Shown: positions 18,439-28,056 of the stretch, piece by piece
Numbering within the stretch: position 1 is the stretch's first letter
Layout: each line of letters begins with the position of its first letter
NCBI GenBank assembly: GCA_043799545.1
Contig: JAZDNO010000009.1
Location: 1 to 64,000, forward strand
Direction of reading: 5' to 3'
DNA length: 64,000 nt
Source: Methanobacteriota archaeon
GTDB taxonomy: Archaea > Thermoplasmatota > Thermoplasmata > SG8-5 > DAIRED01
Translations under genes and position numbers: made by a program
Notes under the pieces: model-generated
The model's input: the letters and a program-made list of their open reading frames with translations, nothing else
Told to the model about the DNA's origin: nothing
Databases searched by the model: none

Positions 18439-18632
18439 GCCGAGGTAGCTCGGGATGCGACCGGGGTCGCAGACCGCGCGGACGAGCTGGCCAGCGTGCG
18501 AGGAGCTCGTCCAGCGCCGAGGGTTGCAGCAGCAACCCGAGGGCTACCGAATAAAAGCGTTAAGAAGCCGAGGTAGCTTGCGAGGGCGAACGAATTCGCC
18601 GAGCAAAAACCTCGGCTAGCCGATAGCAAAGT
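18439..18632 (+). repeat. Two partial copies of the tRNA-Ser(GGA) 5' end within hairpins
   Basis: GCCGAGGTAGCT at 18439 and 18567 vs tRNA GCCGAGGTGGCT at 18633; REP-like GGACGAGCT..AGCTCGTCC at 18480-18512. Confidence 0.85.
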
Positions 18633-18741
18633 GCCGAGGTGGCTCAGCCCGGTAAGGCGCGAGCCTGGAATCTCCCGCTTCGGCGGGAGGCTGAGAGCTC
18701 GTGGGGGCAACCCCTCGGGAGTTCAAATCTCCCCCTCGGCG
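18633..18741 (+). tRNA. tRNA-Ser (GGA) with 25-nt intron (18671-18695)
   Basis: GCCGAGG/CCTCGGC plus G discriminator, CGAGC/GCTCG anticodon stem, long variable arm, intron at 37/38. Confidence 0.93.
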
Positions 18742-18765
18742 CTCATTTTATATTTATTCTGATAC

Positions 18766-18830
18766 GCGCCGAGGGGAGACTAAATCTTTGGTGGCATTTT
18801 GCGTTCATACGATTTAGTCTTGCCTTCGGT
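18766..18830. repeat. Inverted copy of tRNA-Ser 3' end plus AGACTAAATC/GATTTAGTCT hairpin
   Basis: GCGCCGAGGGGAGA complements TCTCCCCCTCGGCGC with one bulge; near-identical motif at 50595. Confidence 0.85.
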
Positions 18831-18903
18831 GGCTAACTACCATCTCATTGTTCGACACCATCGGTCCCCCCACGCAGGCTCTGGGTGGATGCCTCAACTT
18901 CGC

Positions 18904-19758
18904 TCAAGCGCCAGGCGCGGGCGGCATCCCGTAAGCCCCGCTGACCACGTTCTGCGGCGGCGGGACAGACCCCGCGAAGTCCTCAGCCAGCTTGCCCGTT
19001 ACTGCGTAGCGGTAGAGCGCAGCCAGGAGCACGCTCTCGACGGCGCTCGACAGCACGGCAATGAATATCCAGTAAGCCACGGCGATGAAGACGCAAACGA
19101 CCAGGATGATAAGGCTTTGGGACAATATCCCCAGGGCCAGCGGGACGATGCCGACGATTGCCAGCAGGAAAAATATCAAGCCGGTGCCCATGTTGCCTAT
19201 GAGCGCCTCCCCCCACGCTCCCCGGAGGACAGCGACGCTGCGCTTCACGGCCTTCCAGGGGGTCAAGCCTTCGTATATCAAAATAGGAACGACGAAGTAG
19301 GTTGCGATGGACCAGGCCATGCCAGCGATTCCCGACACGATTTTTCCTATTATACCGCCCTTCTCGGCTATCGCCCGCAATATCAGCGACACAGTCGCGG
19401 CGAAGAGCGCCCACATGAGTATTTCCTTTATCCGGCTCGCCGCAACGCGGATGCCGTCGGATACTGTGGGGTCCCCCCCGTTCAATCGAATCATGGCCGC
19501 GCCCACGACCGCGGCGTTGAAGAATATTATGATGAAGTTCGTCAGCAGGTAGAAGACGAATCCAAGCGCGACCGTCAGATAGAGCGTCACGCCGGTCGAA
19601 TCGAAGATGTTGAAGAACCAAACGTAACCGAAGAACGTCCCCCACAGGACGAGTGTGGTTATCCCGGAAATCAGGGGCAGGACCAGCAGCTCCTTGTCCT
19701 TCCTAATTACCCTGAAGCTCAGCTTCGTCAAGTCCCAGCCGCGACCGAACATCCCCAT
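18904..19758 (-). CDS. DUF6159-like membrane protein
   Basis: GWDLTKLSFRVIRKDKELLVLP; W..ATYFVVP; S..VLRGAWGE; six TM helices. Confidence 0.8.
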   Translation of the reverse strand: MGMFGRGWDLTKLSFRVIRKDKELLVLPLISGITTLVLWGTFFGYVWFFNIFDSTGVTLYLTVALGFVFYLLTNFIIIFFNAAVVGAAMIRLNGGDPTVSDGIRVAASRIKEILMWALFAATVSLILRAIAEKGGIIGKIVSGIAGMAWSIATYFVVPILIYEGLTPWKAVKRSVAVLRGAWGEALIGNMGTGLIFFLLAIVGIVPLALGILSQSLIILVVCVFIAVAYWIFIAVLSSAVESVLLAALYRYAVTGKLAEDFAGSVPPPQNVVSGAYGMPPAPGA

Positions 19759-19828
19759 GTGTTCACCTTACACACCGAAATCGCGTGCTGTTTTAAAAGG
19801 GTATCGTTGGATTCCCCGCCGATTTTCT

Positions 19829-19908
19829 TCAGTATTCTGTCCAACGAGAGGGCAATTGCTCAGCACCTCTCTCGAATGGAGTATCAATCTCTCAGTATTC
19901 TCTCCAAC
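19829..19908 (-). repeat. 17-bp duplication of the TFS 3' end with foldback spacer
   Basis: TCAGTATTCTGTCCAAC 19829-19845 vs TCAGTATTCTCTCCAAC 19892-19908. Confidence 0.8.
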
Positions 19909-20188
19909 TAGCCTTGCACTTGCAGCACCTGAATATCTTCGTCTCGGGCTCGTCGGACTTTCTTGTCTGGCGCAGGGTGTAGAACGCCTCGTTGTGGCCG
20001 CATTTGGGGCACTCGGCGGGCATCCTCGGCAGGACATCCTCCACATCCTCTAGGACAACGATTTCATGCTCCTTGCAGGCGCGGAGCTCCCCCTTCTCCT
20101 CGGGTGGCTTGGCTTCGGTGTTGCACTTCTTGCAGACCCACCTGCCATTTTCCCTCGTCAGGAGGCACTTGCACTTCTCGCAGAACAT
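19892..20188 (-). CDS. tfs: Transcription factor S (TFS/RpoM)
   Basis: MFCEKC..C..C Zn ribbon; CPKCGH..QTRKSDEPET..C..C. Confidence 0.95.
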   Translation of the reverse strand: MFCEKCKCLLTRENGRWVCKKCNTEAKPPEEKGELRACKEHEIVVLEDVEDVLPRMPAECPKCGHNEAFYTLRQTRKSDEPETKIFRCCKCKASWREY

Positions 20189-20278
20189 GCCCCGTCCATC
20201 ATGGGATAGGGATATAACTTTTTCGGGGGCGCGTGCAAACGTTATAATACGACGGCGGTGCTTACTGGTATGAGAAAC

Positions 20279-20518
20279 ATGGAACGAGTTTACGTTCTTA
20301 TGGACGTCGAGCGCACGAAACTGGACCTTGCGATGGCAGCTCTGGGTGAGATACCCGGAGTCGTGAGAGTCGACCCGGTCACCGGCGCGCACGACCTGGT
20401 CGTGATCGTGGACGGAGAAGACCTGCCCAAGCTCCTGGGCAGCGTAATAAGGAGGCTGAGGGACGTTGACGGCGTGAAGGCCACGGAGACCCTGGTCGCG
20501 ATAAAACCGCCCCGCTAA
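20279..20518 (+). CDS. Lrp/AsnC ligand-binding (RAM) domain protein
   Basis: IPGV....VTGAHDLVV and GVKATETL motifs. Confidence 0.85.
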   Translation: MERVYVLMDVERTKLDLAMAALGEIPGVVRVDPVTGAHDLVVIVDGEDLPKLLGSVIRRLRDVDGVKATETLVAIKPPR

Positions 20519-20625
20519 GCTGCAAAAGGTTGAAATACCAGAAGCCACTACGCCTTTTCGCCCGAGGCGCGAAAGCGAGTAATCGGTTTTGCATCTAGGG
20601 CAGTAAATAGAACGGAGGAATATAA

Positions 20626-21927
20626 ATGGCTGAGAAGCCCCATATGAATCTGGTGTTCATAGGACACGTCGACCACGGAAAGTCAACCACAGTAGGCCGA
20701 GTCTTATTGGACACTGGTCACATCGACCAGCACACGATCGAGGAACTGAAGAAGGAAGCTGCCAAGGTCGGAAAGGCGACGTTCGAGTTCGCCTTCGTCA
20801 TGGACAGGCTGAAGGAAGAGCGCGAGCGCGGAATAACCATCGATGTCGCCCACAAGGAGTTCAAGAGCGACAAGTATTACTTCACAATCATAGACGCGCC
20901 CGGCCACAGGGACTTCGTCAAGAACATGATCACTGGCACGAGCCAGGCCGATGCTGCGGTCCTTATCGTATCCGCTCCGGACGGAATCATGGAGCAGACG
21001 AAGGAACACATGTACCTCGCCAAGGTGCTCGGCGTCGGGCAGATGATTGTCGCGCTGAACAAGATGGACGCGACGAAGCCCGTCTACGACGAGAAGATAT
21101 ACAACCAGCGCAAGGACGAGGTCACAAAGATGATGAAGAACGTTGGCTGGAAGGATGACCAGTTCTCCGTCTTGCCGATATCCGCTTACAAGGGCGACAA
21201 CGTCTTCAAGGGCGTTGGCGAAATGACCTGGTACAAAGGCGACTCGCTCGTAGGGGCTCTCAACAAGCTCAAGGAGCCGGCCAAGAACACGGACAAGGCC
21301 GTGCGCGTGCCGATACAGGATGTTTACACAATCACGGGCATCGGAACGGTCCCTGTCGGCCGCGTCGAATGCGGAATCCTGAAGCCGGAAACGAAGGTCA
21401 TCTTCATGCCGTCCAACAAGGTCGGCGAGGTCAAGAGCATCGAGATGCACCACCAGCAGCTCCCCGAGGCCAGGCCCGGAGACAACGTCGGCTTGAACGT
21501 GAGGGGAATCGGAAAGACAGACATCCACAGGGGAGACGTCCTAGGTCCGGTCGAAAGCCCGCCGATGGTCGCCAAGAGCTTCACGGCGCAGCTGATGGTC
21601 CTTAACCACCCGTCGGTGGTCACCGTCGGTTACACCCCAGTCTTCCACTGCCACACCGCGCAGGTCGCATGCACCTTCATCGAACTCGTGAGCCTGCTCG
21701 ACCCGAAGACCGGCCAGCCTTACAAGGAGAAGGAGGGCCAGATAAAGGACGGAGTCGTCCAGTTCCTCAAGACCGGAGACGCTGCAGTCGTCAAGATACA
21801 GCCGTCGAGGCCGATGGTCATCGAGACGAAGGAAGCCTTCCCGCAGCTCTCGAGGTTCGCGGTCAGGGACATGGGCGCGACGGTCGCGGCAGGAATATGC
21901 ATCGCTGTTGAAAAGAAGGAGATGTAA
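20626..21927 (+). CDS. tuf: Elongation factor 1-alpha
   Basis: GHVDHGKST, RERGITID, DAPGH and NKMD motifs. Confidence 0.99.
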   Translation: MAEKPHMNLVFIGHVDHGKSTTVGRVLLDTGHIDQHTIEELKKEAAKVGKATFEFAFVMDRLKEERERGITIDVAHKEFKSDKYYFTIIDAPGHRDFVKNMITGTSQADAAVLIVSAPDGIMEQTKEHMYLAKVLGVGQMIVALNKMDATKPVYDEKIYNQRKDEVTKMMKNVGWKDDQFSVLPISAYKGDNVFKGVGEMTWYKGDSLVGALNKLKEPAKNTDKAVRVPIQDVYTITGIGTVPVGRVECGILKPETKVIFMPSNKVGEVKSIEMHHQQLPEARPGDNVGLNVRGIGKTDIHRGDVLGPVESPPMVAKSFTAQLMVLNHPSVVTVGYTPVFHCHTAQVACTFIELVSLLDPKTGQPYKEKEGQIKDGVVQFLKTGDAAVVKIQPSRPMVIETKEAFPQLSRFAVRDMGATVAAGICIAVEKKEM

Positions 21928-21951
21928 GCGAGTTATCTCGCCGGGTGTGAC

Positions 21952-22263
21952 ATGGCACAAAGGGCACGCATCTCGCTCAGCGGAACCGACCCCAAGAAGG
22001 TGGACGGCGTCTGCATGCAGATAAAAACGATATCGGAACGCACGGGCGTGTGCATGAGCGGCCCGATACCCCTGCCTACCAAGAAGCTCCTCGTTCCTGT
22101 ACGGAAGAGCCCGGACGGAGAGGGGAGCGAGACCTGGGAGCGCTGGGAGATGCGCATACACAAGCGGCTAATCGACTTAGACGCGGACGAGCGCGCCCTC
22201 AGGCAGCTCATGCGCATACAGGTGCCCGACGGCGTCAACATCGAAATCATACTGAGGTCCTGA
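21952..22263 (+). CDS. rps10: 30S ribosomal protein S10
   Basis: [30 protein letters not shown]. Confidence 0.99.
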   Translation: MAQRARISLSGTDPKKVDGVCMQIKTISERTGVCMSGPIPLPTKKLLVPVRKSPDGEGSETWERWEMRIHKRLIDLDADERALRQLMRIQVPDGVNIEIILRS

Positions 22264-22267
22264 GCGG

Positions 22268-24475
22268 CTACTTGCCCAGAGCCTCGACAAAAGCCTTCCC
22301 GATTTTCCCTTTCTTCTCTTCTTTCTTCTCTTTCGACTGCTCCCTGAGCTTGGCAGCCACTTCCGTGTCGCCGGCTGCCTCGAGCGCATCTGCCAGAACC
22401 CCCGAGGCATCGTTGGAATCGGGCTCCATTTTAAGGGCTTCCCTCGCGCAGACGACCCCCATCTTCGGCTTTCCCAATCGGATGTGAACCTTCGCCCTGG
22501 CGGTCCAGGCGTTCGAGCCTGCTCCCGTGCCTATCGCAGCGTCCAGCGCCTTCGCGGAGCCTTTCAGGTCGCCCGACGCCAGCCGAGCCTCGCCAAGCCC
22601 GAGCCAAGCGTCGCCGAAAGAGTCGTTTGATTTGAGAGCTGACTCGAACGCCGCAACCGCGTCGGTGTTGGCGCCGGCAGCCAACAGCACGTTGCCCTTT
22701 GCCACAAGCTCGGACGGCGTCTTGGCATCGAAAGCCAGCGCGGCCTTTGCTGCCCCATGTATTTTGCCGAGGGAAATAAGCGCCCTCGCGAGAGACAAAC
22801 TGGCCCCGCGGTCCCCGGCGTCGGCCGCCGCTTCCAGCTTCTGCGCAGCCTCGGCGTCCCGGCCCAACTCCAGTAGCGCCTCGCCTTCCGCGACGCCTAT
22901 AGACGGGTGGATAATGGACAGGCTCCTGGCCTCCTCGCAGGCCTTCAGAGCCTCCTGCGCGTCGCCCATGCCGAGGAGCAGGCGCGCCTTGGTCGCCCAC
23001 GGCTTCGGGTCATCCGGGGCGAACGGAACCCGCGCATCGACGCAGACCAGCGCGTCCCTGTATCTCTTCAGCGTCGTCGTGAGCTCCTCCTTCTCCTGGA
23101 GAAGCTTGGGGTCGGGGGAGCCGCCCATCAGGTAGTCTATCGCGCGCAATGCTTCGTTCCTGCAGAGAGCAGCCTCGGCGTGGTTGCCGACGAGCACCAT
23201 CATCTTCGCCCTCATCTCCCAGGCCTCCACGAACGCGGGATTGAGGGATATTGCGTTGTTCAGCGCGTCTATGGCTTCGTCCGGCCTGCCGAGCCATTCT
23301 AGGACCTCCGCCTTTGCGAACCACGAGTGGTCGTAGTTCGGGTTCAGCTCCAGCGATTGGATGATGAGCTCCAGCCCCTCGTCCAGCTCCCCGAGCCTGG
23401 CCACGTCGTGGCCTTTGGCGTAGAGCGCGTAGTCGAAGTCGGGCCGAATCTCCAGCGAGCGCGAGTGGTACGGTATCGCCTCGGAGTATTTCACCATCTT
23501 GTCAAGAGCGTTCCCTATGTTGTTCCAGGCTATCTCGTAGTCCGGCATGACATCTATGGCCTTCTCGAAATACGGGATGCTCTCCTCCCATCGGTCCAGG
23601 TTGTAGAGGGCGTTGCCGAGGTTGTTCCACACGACCTCGTCGCCGGCGTCCAGCTCGACGACCTTTCTGTAGCATTCCACAGCCCGTTCCAGCTGGCCAG
23701 ATGCATGGTAGGTGTAGCCCTTGTTGTACCACGCGTGCTTGTAGGCCGGGTCTATCTCTATGGCCTGGTCGTAGCTGTCCACTGCCTCGGAGTAGAGCCC
23801 GAGCATGAAATATGTGAAGCCCTTGTTGTTCCACGCCTCGGCGTTGCCTGGGTCGAGGCGGATGACCTGCTCGAACGCCCGTATCGCGTCGTCCCACCGC
23901 TCCATGGCGTAGTAGGCGTTGCCGAGAAGGTTCCAGGCGTCCAAGTTTTCCGGGTCTATCTCGAGGGCGATGTCGTACGCCTCTATCGCGCCCTCCGAGT
24001 CTCCCGTCTGTTCCAGCAGCTGGCCCTTGCGCATCCAGTGCGCCTGGTCGTCCGGCTCCGTCTCCAGGAGGTCTTCGAAGATGTCCAGCGCCTCGTCGGC
24101 CTGGCCCATCTGCACGAGCGCAGACGCCTTGTCGTGCCAGGCGGCCACGTTGTTCGGGTTCAGCTCTATGGCGGTGTCGTACGCATCCAGGGACTCGTCT
24201 TGCTTGCCGAGGTAGCACAGGGTGTTCCCCTTGTTGTGCCAGGCGGTGTCATACGCCGGGTCGATGGCGATCGCGCGCTCGTACCAGGAAAGCGCCTCGT
24301 CGTGGCGCCCCACGGCATCCAGCGCGACGCCGAGATTGTTGTTCAGTACCGCGTCCTCGGGGAAGCGGGTCAGCGCGGCCTCGAAGCGCTCGATGGCCTC
24401 CGGGTACATCCCGTGGTCGCACAGGGTCGTCCCGCGCAGGTAGTCATCGTCCTCCTCCAGTTCCTCCTGCGTCAG
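22268..24475 (-). CDS. TPR-repeat protein (start uncertain: CTG 24475 or ATG 24409)
   Basis: Consecutive TPRs (AW.NKG..L..LG...EA...YD.AIEIDP); the tracked extension to 24853 lies inside the DHH gene. Confidence 0.85.
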   Translation of the reverse strand: MTQEELEEDDDYLRGTTLCDHGMYPEAIERFEAALTRFPEDAVLNNNLGVALDAVGRHDEALSWYERAIAIDPAYDTAWHNKGNTLCYLGKQDESLDAYDTAIELNPNNVAAWHDKASALVQMGQADEALDIFEDLLETEPDDQAHWMRKGQLLEQTGDSEGAIEAYDIALEIDPENLDAWNLLGNAYYAMERWDDAIRAFEQVIRLDPGNAEAWNNKGFTYFMLGLYSEAVDSYDQAIEIDPAYKHAWYNKGYTYHASGQLERAVECYRKVVELDAGDEVVWNNLGNALYNLDRWEESIPYFEKAIDVMPDYEIAWNNIGNALDKMVKYSEAIPYHSRSLEIRPDFDYALYAKGHDVARLGELDEGLELIIQSLELNPNYDHSWFAKAEVLEWLGRPDEAIDALNNAISLNPAFVEAWEMRAKMMVLVGNHAEAALCRNEALRAIDYLMGGSPDPKLLQEKEELTTTLKRYRDALVCVDARVPFAPDDPKPWATKARLLLGMGDAQEALKACEEARSLSIIHPSIGVAEGEALLELGRDAEAAQKLEAAADAGDRGASLSLARALISLGKIHGAAKAALAFDAKTPSELVAKGNVLLAAGANTDAVAAFESALKSNDSFGDAWLGLGEARLASGDLKGSAKALDAAIGTGAGSNAWTARAKVHIRLGKPKMGVVCAREALKMEPDSNDASGVLADALEAAGDTEVAAKLREQSKEKKEEKKGKIGKAFVEALGK

Positions 24476-25905
24476 CTCCCCGCCCCCAGCTGCTTTCTGA
24501 CGAGTTCCGACGCTATGCCCAAAAACTCCATCTCCCTGCCGGCTGGCACCGTCGCCCCGGCCGCTATGTTGTGGCCGCCGCCGAACCCGCCGACGCGCTC
24601 CGAGGCCGCCTTCATTATCGCGGAGAGGTCCAGCCCCCTGGCCACCATCTCCCTGGTGCCCCGTGCGGAGACCTTGACTCCGTCGTCGGCCCGCGCCAGT
24701 CCGAAAATCGGCACGTCGCGCCGCGCCCCGTCCGAATTGAGGGCCATGCCCGCCACCGTCCCGACGACGCTGTCCATGATTCTGTCGCCAGCATCGAAAT
24801 ACTGCAGGCCGTCCATCCCGTTGATGCCCACGTCGCGCACGACCTGAAGGCAATCGACCAGGTTGCGCCTGTGCCCCTGCTGGAGTCCGTAGGCCTCCTG
24901 GAGGATTTTTCCCCTGTCGCCCATCGCCACGCCGAGGCCGATATCGCCCTTCTCATAACGGCCACATGAATTGAGCAGGGTCGCAAACTCCTTCGCGTCG
25001 TGGAGGGGCGTACCTGGCTCCTCCTCGGTAAGGATGTAAACCTCCGAGGTGAGCTTCGAAGGTTGGTCGTGCTTGGCCAGCAGGGCTTCGAGGCGCTGGA
25101 TAATCCGCATCCTCTCCCCCCGGTTGAGGTCTATCCACCTGCGCCAGTTCTCCCCGTCGCGGAGCTTTATCTTGGCGTCTATCATGAACCTGATGCAGGC
25201 CTCCTCGTCGTTTGCCAGTCCGGGAAGCTTCGGGTCGGACTGGTACTGAAGCATCTTGTATGCCGGGCGCGTCTCCCTGCCGAAGAACGAGATGTCCTCC
25301 ATCGCCTCGACGAGGCCTGTCTTCCTGGCATCTTCGAGTATGCCTGCGTTGAGCCCGCCCAGCTTCCCGGTGCTCCGGTCCTGGAGGTCTCCGACCGCGC
25401 CGATGATGGCTATCGGCGAAAGCATGACGTTTCGCGGGTCGATTGACTTGGCCACCAGATATGCCGCTCCGGCTCCGCTGAGCTCCCTGCCCCCGTCGAG
25501 CCCGATGAGGTGGGGGTTGACTTGCGGAATCGTGGAATCTATAACGTCGAGGGCTTCGGCCAGCCTCGTGAGGTCCATCCTCTGCGCCGCGGTCGGCTCG
25601 CCTCCGGCCGATGGGACGTGGTGGTCGGTGATTATCGCATCCAACCCCTTCAGCATGGGAAGCTGGCCGCTGCCGAGGTCAGTGAGCCAAATCAGCCGCT
25701 TCTCGGCGCGGAGCGCCGCTGCGGCTGGCTCGTCGAGCTTCTTGAGAAATCGAATCTCATATGGAACAGATAGGGCTTCCAGCGTCCTGGATGCTATGGC
25801 TCCCGCGCATATCCCGTCTGCGTCGATATGGGTTACGACGATGGCGGACTTCGCAGTGCGGACGGCTTCGGCGGCGCGCGCTATCTCGTTGTCGAGTATG
25901 CTCAT
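24472..25905 (-). CDS. RecJ-like DHH/DHHA1 exonuclease
   Basis: THIDADG, TDLGSG, DHH, GDLQ and GGGHNIAAGA motifs. Confidence 0.93.
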   Translation of the reverse strand: MSILDNEIARAAEAVRTAKSAIVVTHIDADGICAGAIASRTLEALSVPYEIRFLKKLDEPAAAALRAEKRLIWLTDLGSGQLPMLKGLDAIITDHHVPSAGGEPTAAQRMDLTRLAEALDVIDSTIPQVNPHLIGLDGGRELSGAGAAYLVAKSIDPRNVMLSPIAIIGAVGDLQDRSTGKLGGLNAGILEDARKTGLVEAMEDISFFGRETRPAYKMLQYQSDPKLPGLANDEEACIRFMIDAKIKLRDGENWRRWIDLNRGERMRIIQRLEALLAKHDQPSKLTSEVYILTEEEPGTPLHDAKEFATLLNSCGRYEKGDIGLGVAMGDRGKILQEAYGLQQGHRRNLVDCLQVVRDVGINGMDGLQYFDAGDRIMDSVVGTVAGMALNSDGARRDVPIFGLARADDGVKVSARGTREMVARGLDLSAIMKAASERVGGFGGGHNIAAGATVPAGREMEFLGIASELVRKQLGAGS

Positions 25906-25974
25906 CGAGCGACCATATTGGCACGGGGTAGAATAAAATTACCGCTGGAAAAAGAGGTTTCAGGCTCGGCACGG

Positions 25975-26358
25975 CTACTTCTGTTCGCCCTCGAGCTTGT
26001 GCTCTATGCTCCTTAGCCTGTCGGCCAGCTTCTTCTCCGCGGATACTAGCTTCTCCTCGGCGTGGTGCGCCGCGCCGCTGAGCTTCTGCATCGCCGTCTC
26101 GTCCTGCGGGGCTCCGGATGTCGGGACCCACTTCGGGAAGTACTTCAGGAGCACGATGTCGCCTACGTGCGCAACCCACCTGAACGGCACTGCCACGGAG
26201 TAAGAGTTCTCCACGACCAGCGGGTTCGGGTTGCTGATGTAGAGGCTCTCGATGGCGCACCTGTCCGTCTCGAGTATGACGTCGTCGATGTTGCCCAGGG
26301 AGATGCCCTTGTCCGTGTACACTTCCATTCCGACCACGTCGCTGAGTTCAGTTAGCAT
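25975..26358 (-). CDS. PRC-barrel domain protein
   Basis: LSDVVGMEVYTDKG..LG.IDDV; VPFRWV..VGDIVLL. Confidence 0.88.
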   Translation of the reverse strand: MLTELSDVVGMEVYTDKGISLGNIDDVILETDRCAIESLYISNPNPLVVENSYSVAVPFRWVAHVGDIVLLKYFPKWVPTSGAPQDETAMQKLSGAAHHAEEKLVSAEKKLADRLRSIEHKLEGEQK

Positions 26359-26572
26359 AGCTATCACCGAGGGTATTACGGAACACTTTAATATACGTTA
26401 GGGTAGAAACACTTTAGGTAATGTGTGGGCGGGCGGGAGGGGGGCGGGTGCATAGCGTGGACCAGGGCGGGAGCCGCCGGGTGGATGGGTATGGGGGGAG
26501 CGAGAAGGCGCTGCCATTCGTTGGCACAACCTTTTTACCGGAGCAGCCCGTTAGCCATATCAGGTAGACAAA

Positions 26573-28027
26573 ATGTCCTGGAACGGCCAAGTGAACAAGC
26601 TCGATGCGTTTCGCTACGAGATTCCCCAGAGCTACAAATCAGCGATGCGCACGTCTGGCCTCATCTTCTCAGACGAGAAAATGATGCAGCAGATTCGCGG
26701 CGACAACGCCGCGGAGCAGGTCGCCAACGTGGCTACCATTCCAGGAATCGTGGGCAGGTCTATGGCGATGCCAGACATCCACTGGGGCTACGGTTTCCCA
26801 ATAGGCGGGGTCGCGGCGACTGACGCGGACGATGGAGTCCTCTCGCCTGGCGGCGTGGGCTTCGACATCAACTGCGGCGTTCGCCTGGTCAGAACGGACT
26901 TGACGGTGGCTGAGGTGCGCCCGAAAATCCGCGAGCTTGTCGATTCGATGTTCTCGAACGTCCCTTCCGGCCTCGGCTCGAAGGGCAAGGTGCGTTTGAC
27001 TGGCCAGCAGCTCGACGAAGTCTTCGAAACGGGTTCCGAGTGGGCCGTGGAGAACGGCTACGGTTGGGCTGGCGATATCCCGCACACGGAGGAGAACGGC
27101 CGGATGAAGAACGCCGACCCGTCAGCGGTCAGCCAGAGAGCGAAGCAGCGCGGGATGCCCCAGTTGGGCTCGCTCGGCGCGGGCAACCACTTCCTGGAGG
27201 TCCAGAGGGTTGCGGAGATATTCGACCCAATCGCGGCCAAGGCATACGGAATCGAGTCAACAGACCAGGTCATGGTCATGATCCACACAGGCTCTCGCGG
27301 CGCAGGACACCAGATAGCGACCGACTACCTCCAGCAGATGGAAGGAGCTGTCCGCAAGTACAAAATCGAATTGCCGGACAGGCAGCTGGCCTGCGCTCCA
27401 GTCTCGTCGAAGGAGTCTCAGGACTACTTCAAGGCGATGGCATGCGGGGCGAACTACGCCTGGGCCAACAGGCAGATGATTCTACACTGGGTGCGCGAGT
27501 CGTTCGAGCGCACTTTCAACCGCAAGGCGGGCGAGATGGGCATGCGCCTCGTCTACGACGTCTGCCACAACATCGCCAAGCTGGAGGAGCACGAGGTCGG
27601 GGGCCGCCGCCGCAAGGTCTACGTCCACCGCAAGGGCGCCACGCGCGCTTTCGCAGCGGGCAGGGACGAGGTTCCACCGGACTACAGGGATGTGGGGCAG
27701 CCGGTCCTGATACCCGGAGACATGGGGACTTCGAGCTACGTCCTTGTTGGCACGGAGCTGGCGATGCGCGAGACTTTCGGCTCGACGTGCCACGGGGCGG
27801 GACGCATGATGTCCCGTTCGGCAGCCATAAGGCAATTCCGCCCGGACCAGATAAAGGCGCAGATGGCCGCCAACGGCATCTACGTCAGGGCCGCGAGCGC
27901 GGAAGTTTTGACAGAGGAGGCGCCTGGCGCCTACAAGCGCGTCGACGACGTCGTCGGCGTGGCCAGCGGAGCTGGAATTTCAAAGCTGGTGGCGAAGATG
28001 GTGCCGATGGGCGTCATGAAAGGCTGA
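26573..28027 (+). CDS. rtcB: tRNA-splicing ligase RtcB
   Basis: [40 protein letters not shown] and EEAPGAYK motifs. Confidence 0.99.
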   Translation: MSWNGQVNKLDAFRYEIPQSYKSAMRTSGLIFSDEKMMQQIRGDNAAEQVANVATIPGIVGRSMAMPDIHWGYGFPIGGVAATDADDGVLSPGGVGFDINCGVRLVRTDLTVAEVRPKIRELVDSMFSNVPSGLGSKGKVRLTGQQLDEVFETGSEWAVENGYGWAGDIPHTEENGRMKNADPSAVSQRAKQRGMPQLGSLGAGNHFLEVQRVAEIFDPIAAKAYGIESTDQVMVMIHTGSRGAGHQIATDYLQQMEGAVRKYKIELPDRQLACAPVSSKESQDYFKAMACGANYAWANRQMILHWVRESFERTFNRKAGEMGMRLVYDVCHNIAKLEEHEVGGRRRKVYVHRKGATRAFAAGRDEVPPDYRDVGQPVLIPGDMGTSSYVLVGTELAMRETFGSTCHGAGRMMSRSAAIRQFRPDQIKAQMAANGIYVRAASAEVLTEEAPGAYKRVDDVVGVASGAGISKLVAKMVPMGVMKG

Positions 28028-28056
28028 GGCTCTGGCCCGCAAGAGCACCGGGGTCG

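Noticed and set aside
24476-24853. N-terminal extension of the 861-aa TPR ORF
   Set aside because: Lies wholly inside the same-strand DHH gene in another frame and reads as non-protein-like sequence
26573-28027. RtcB as part of a special repair or defence module
   Set aside because: Ordinary archaeal tRNA ligase needed for the intron-containing tRNAs; no intein and no linked toxin or archease here
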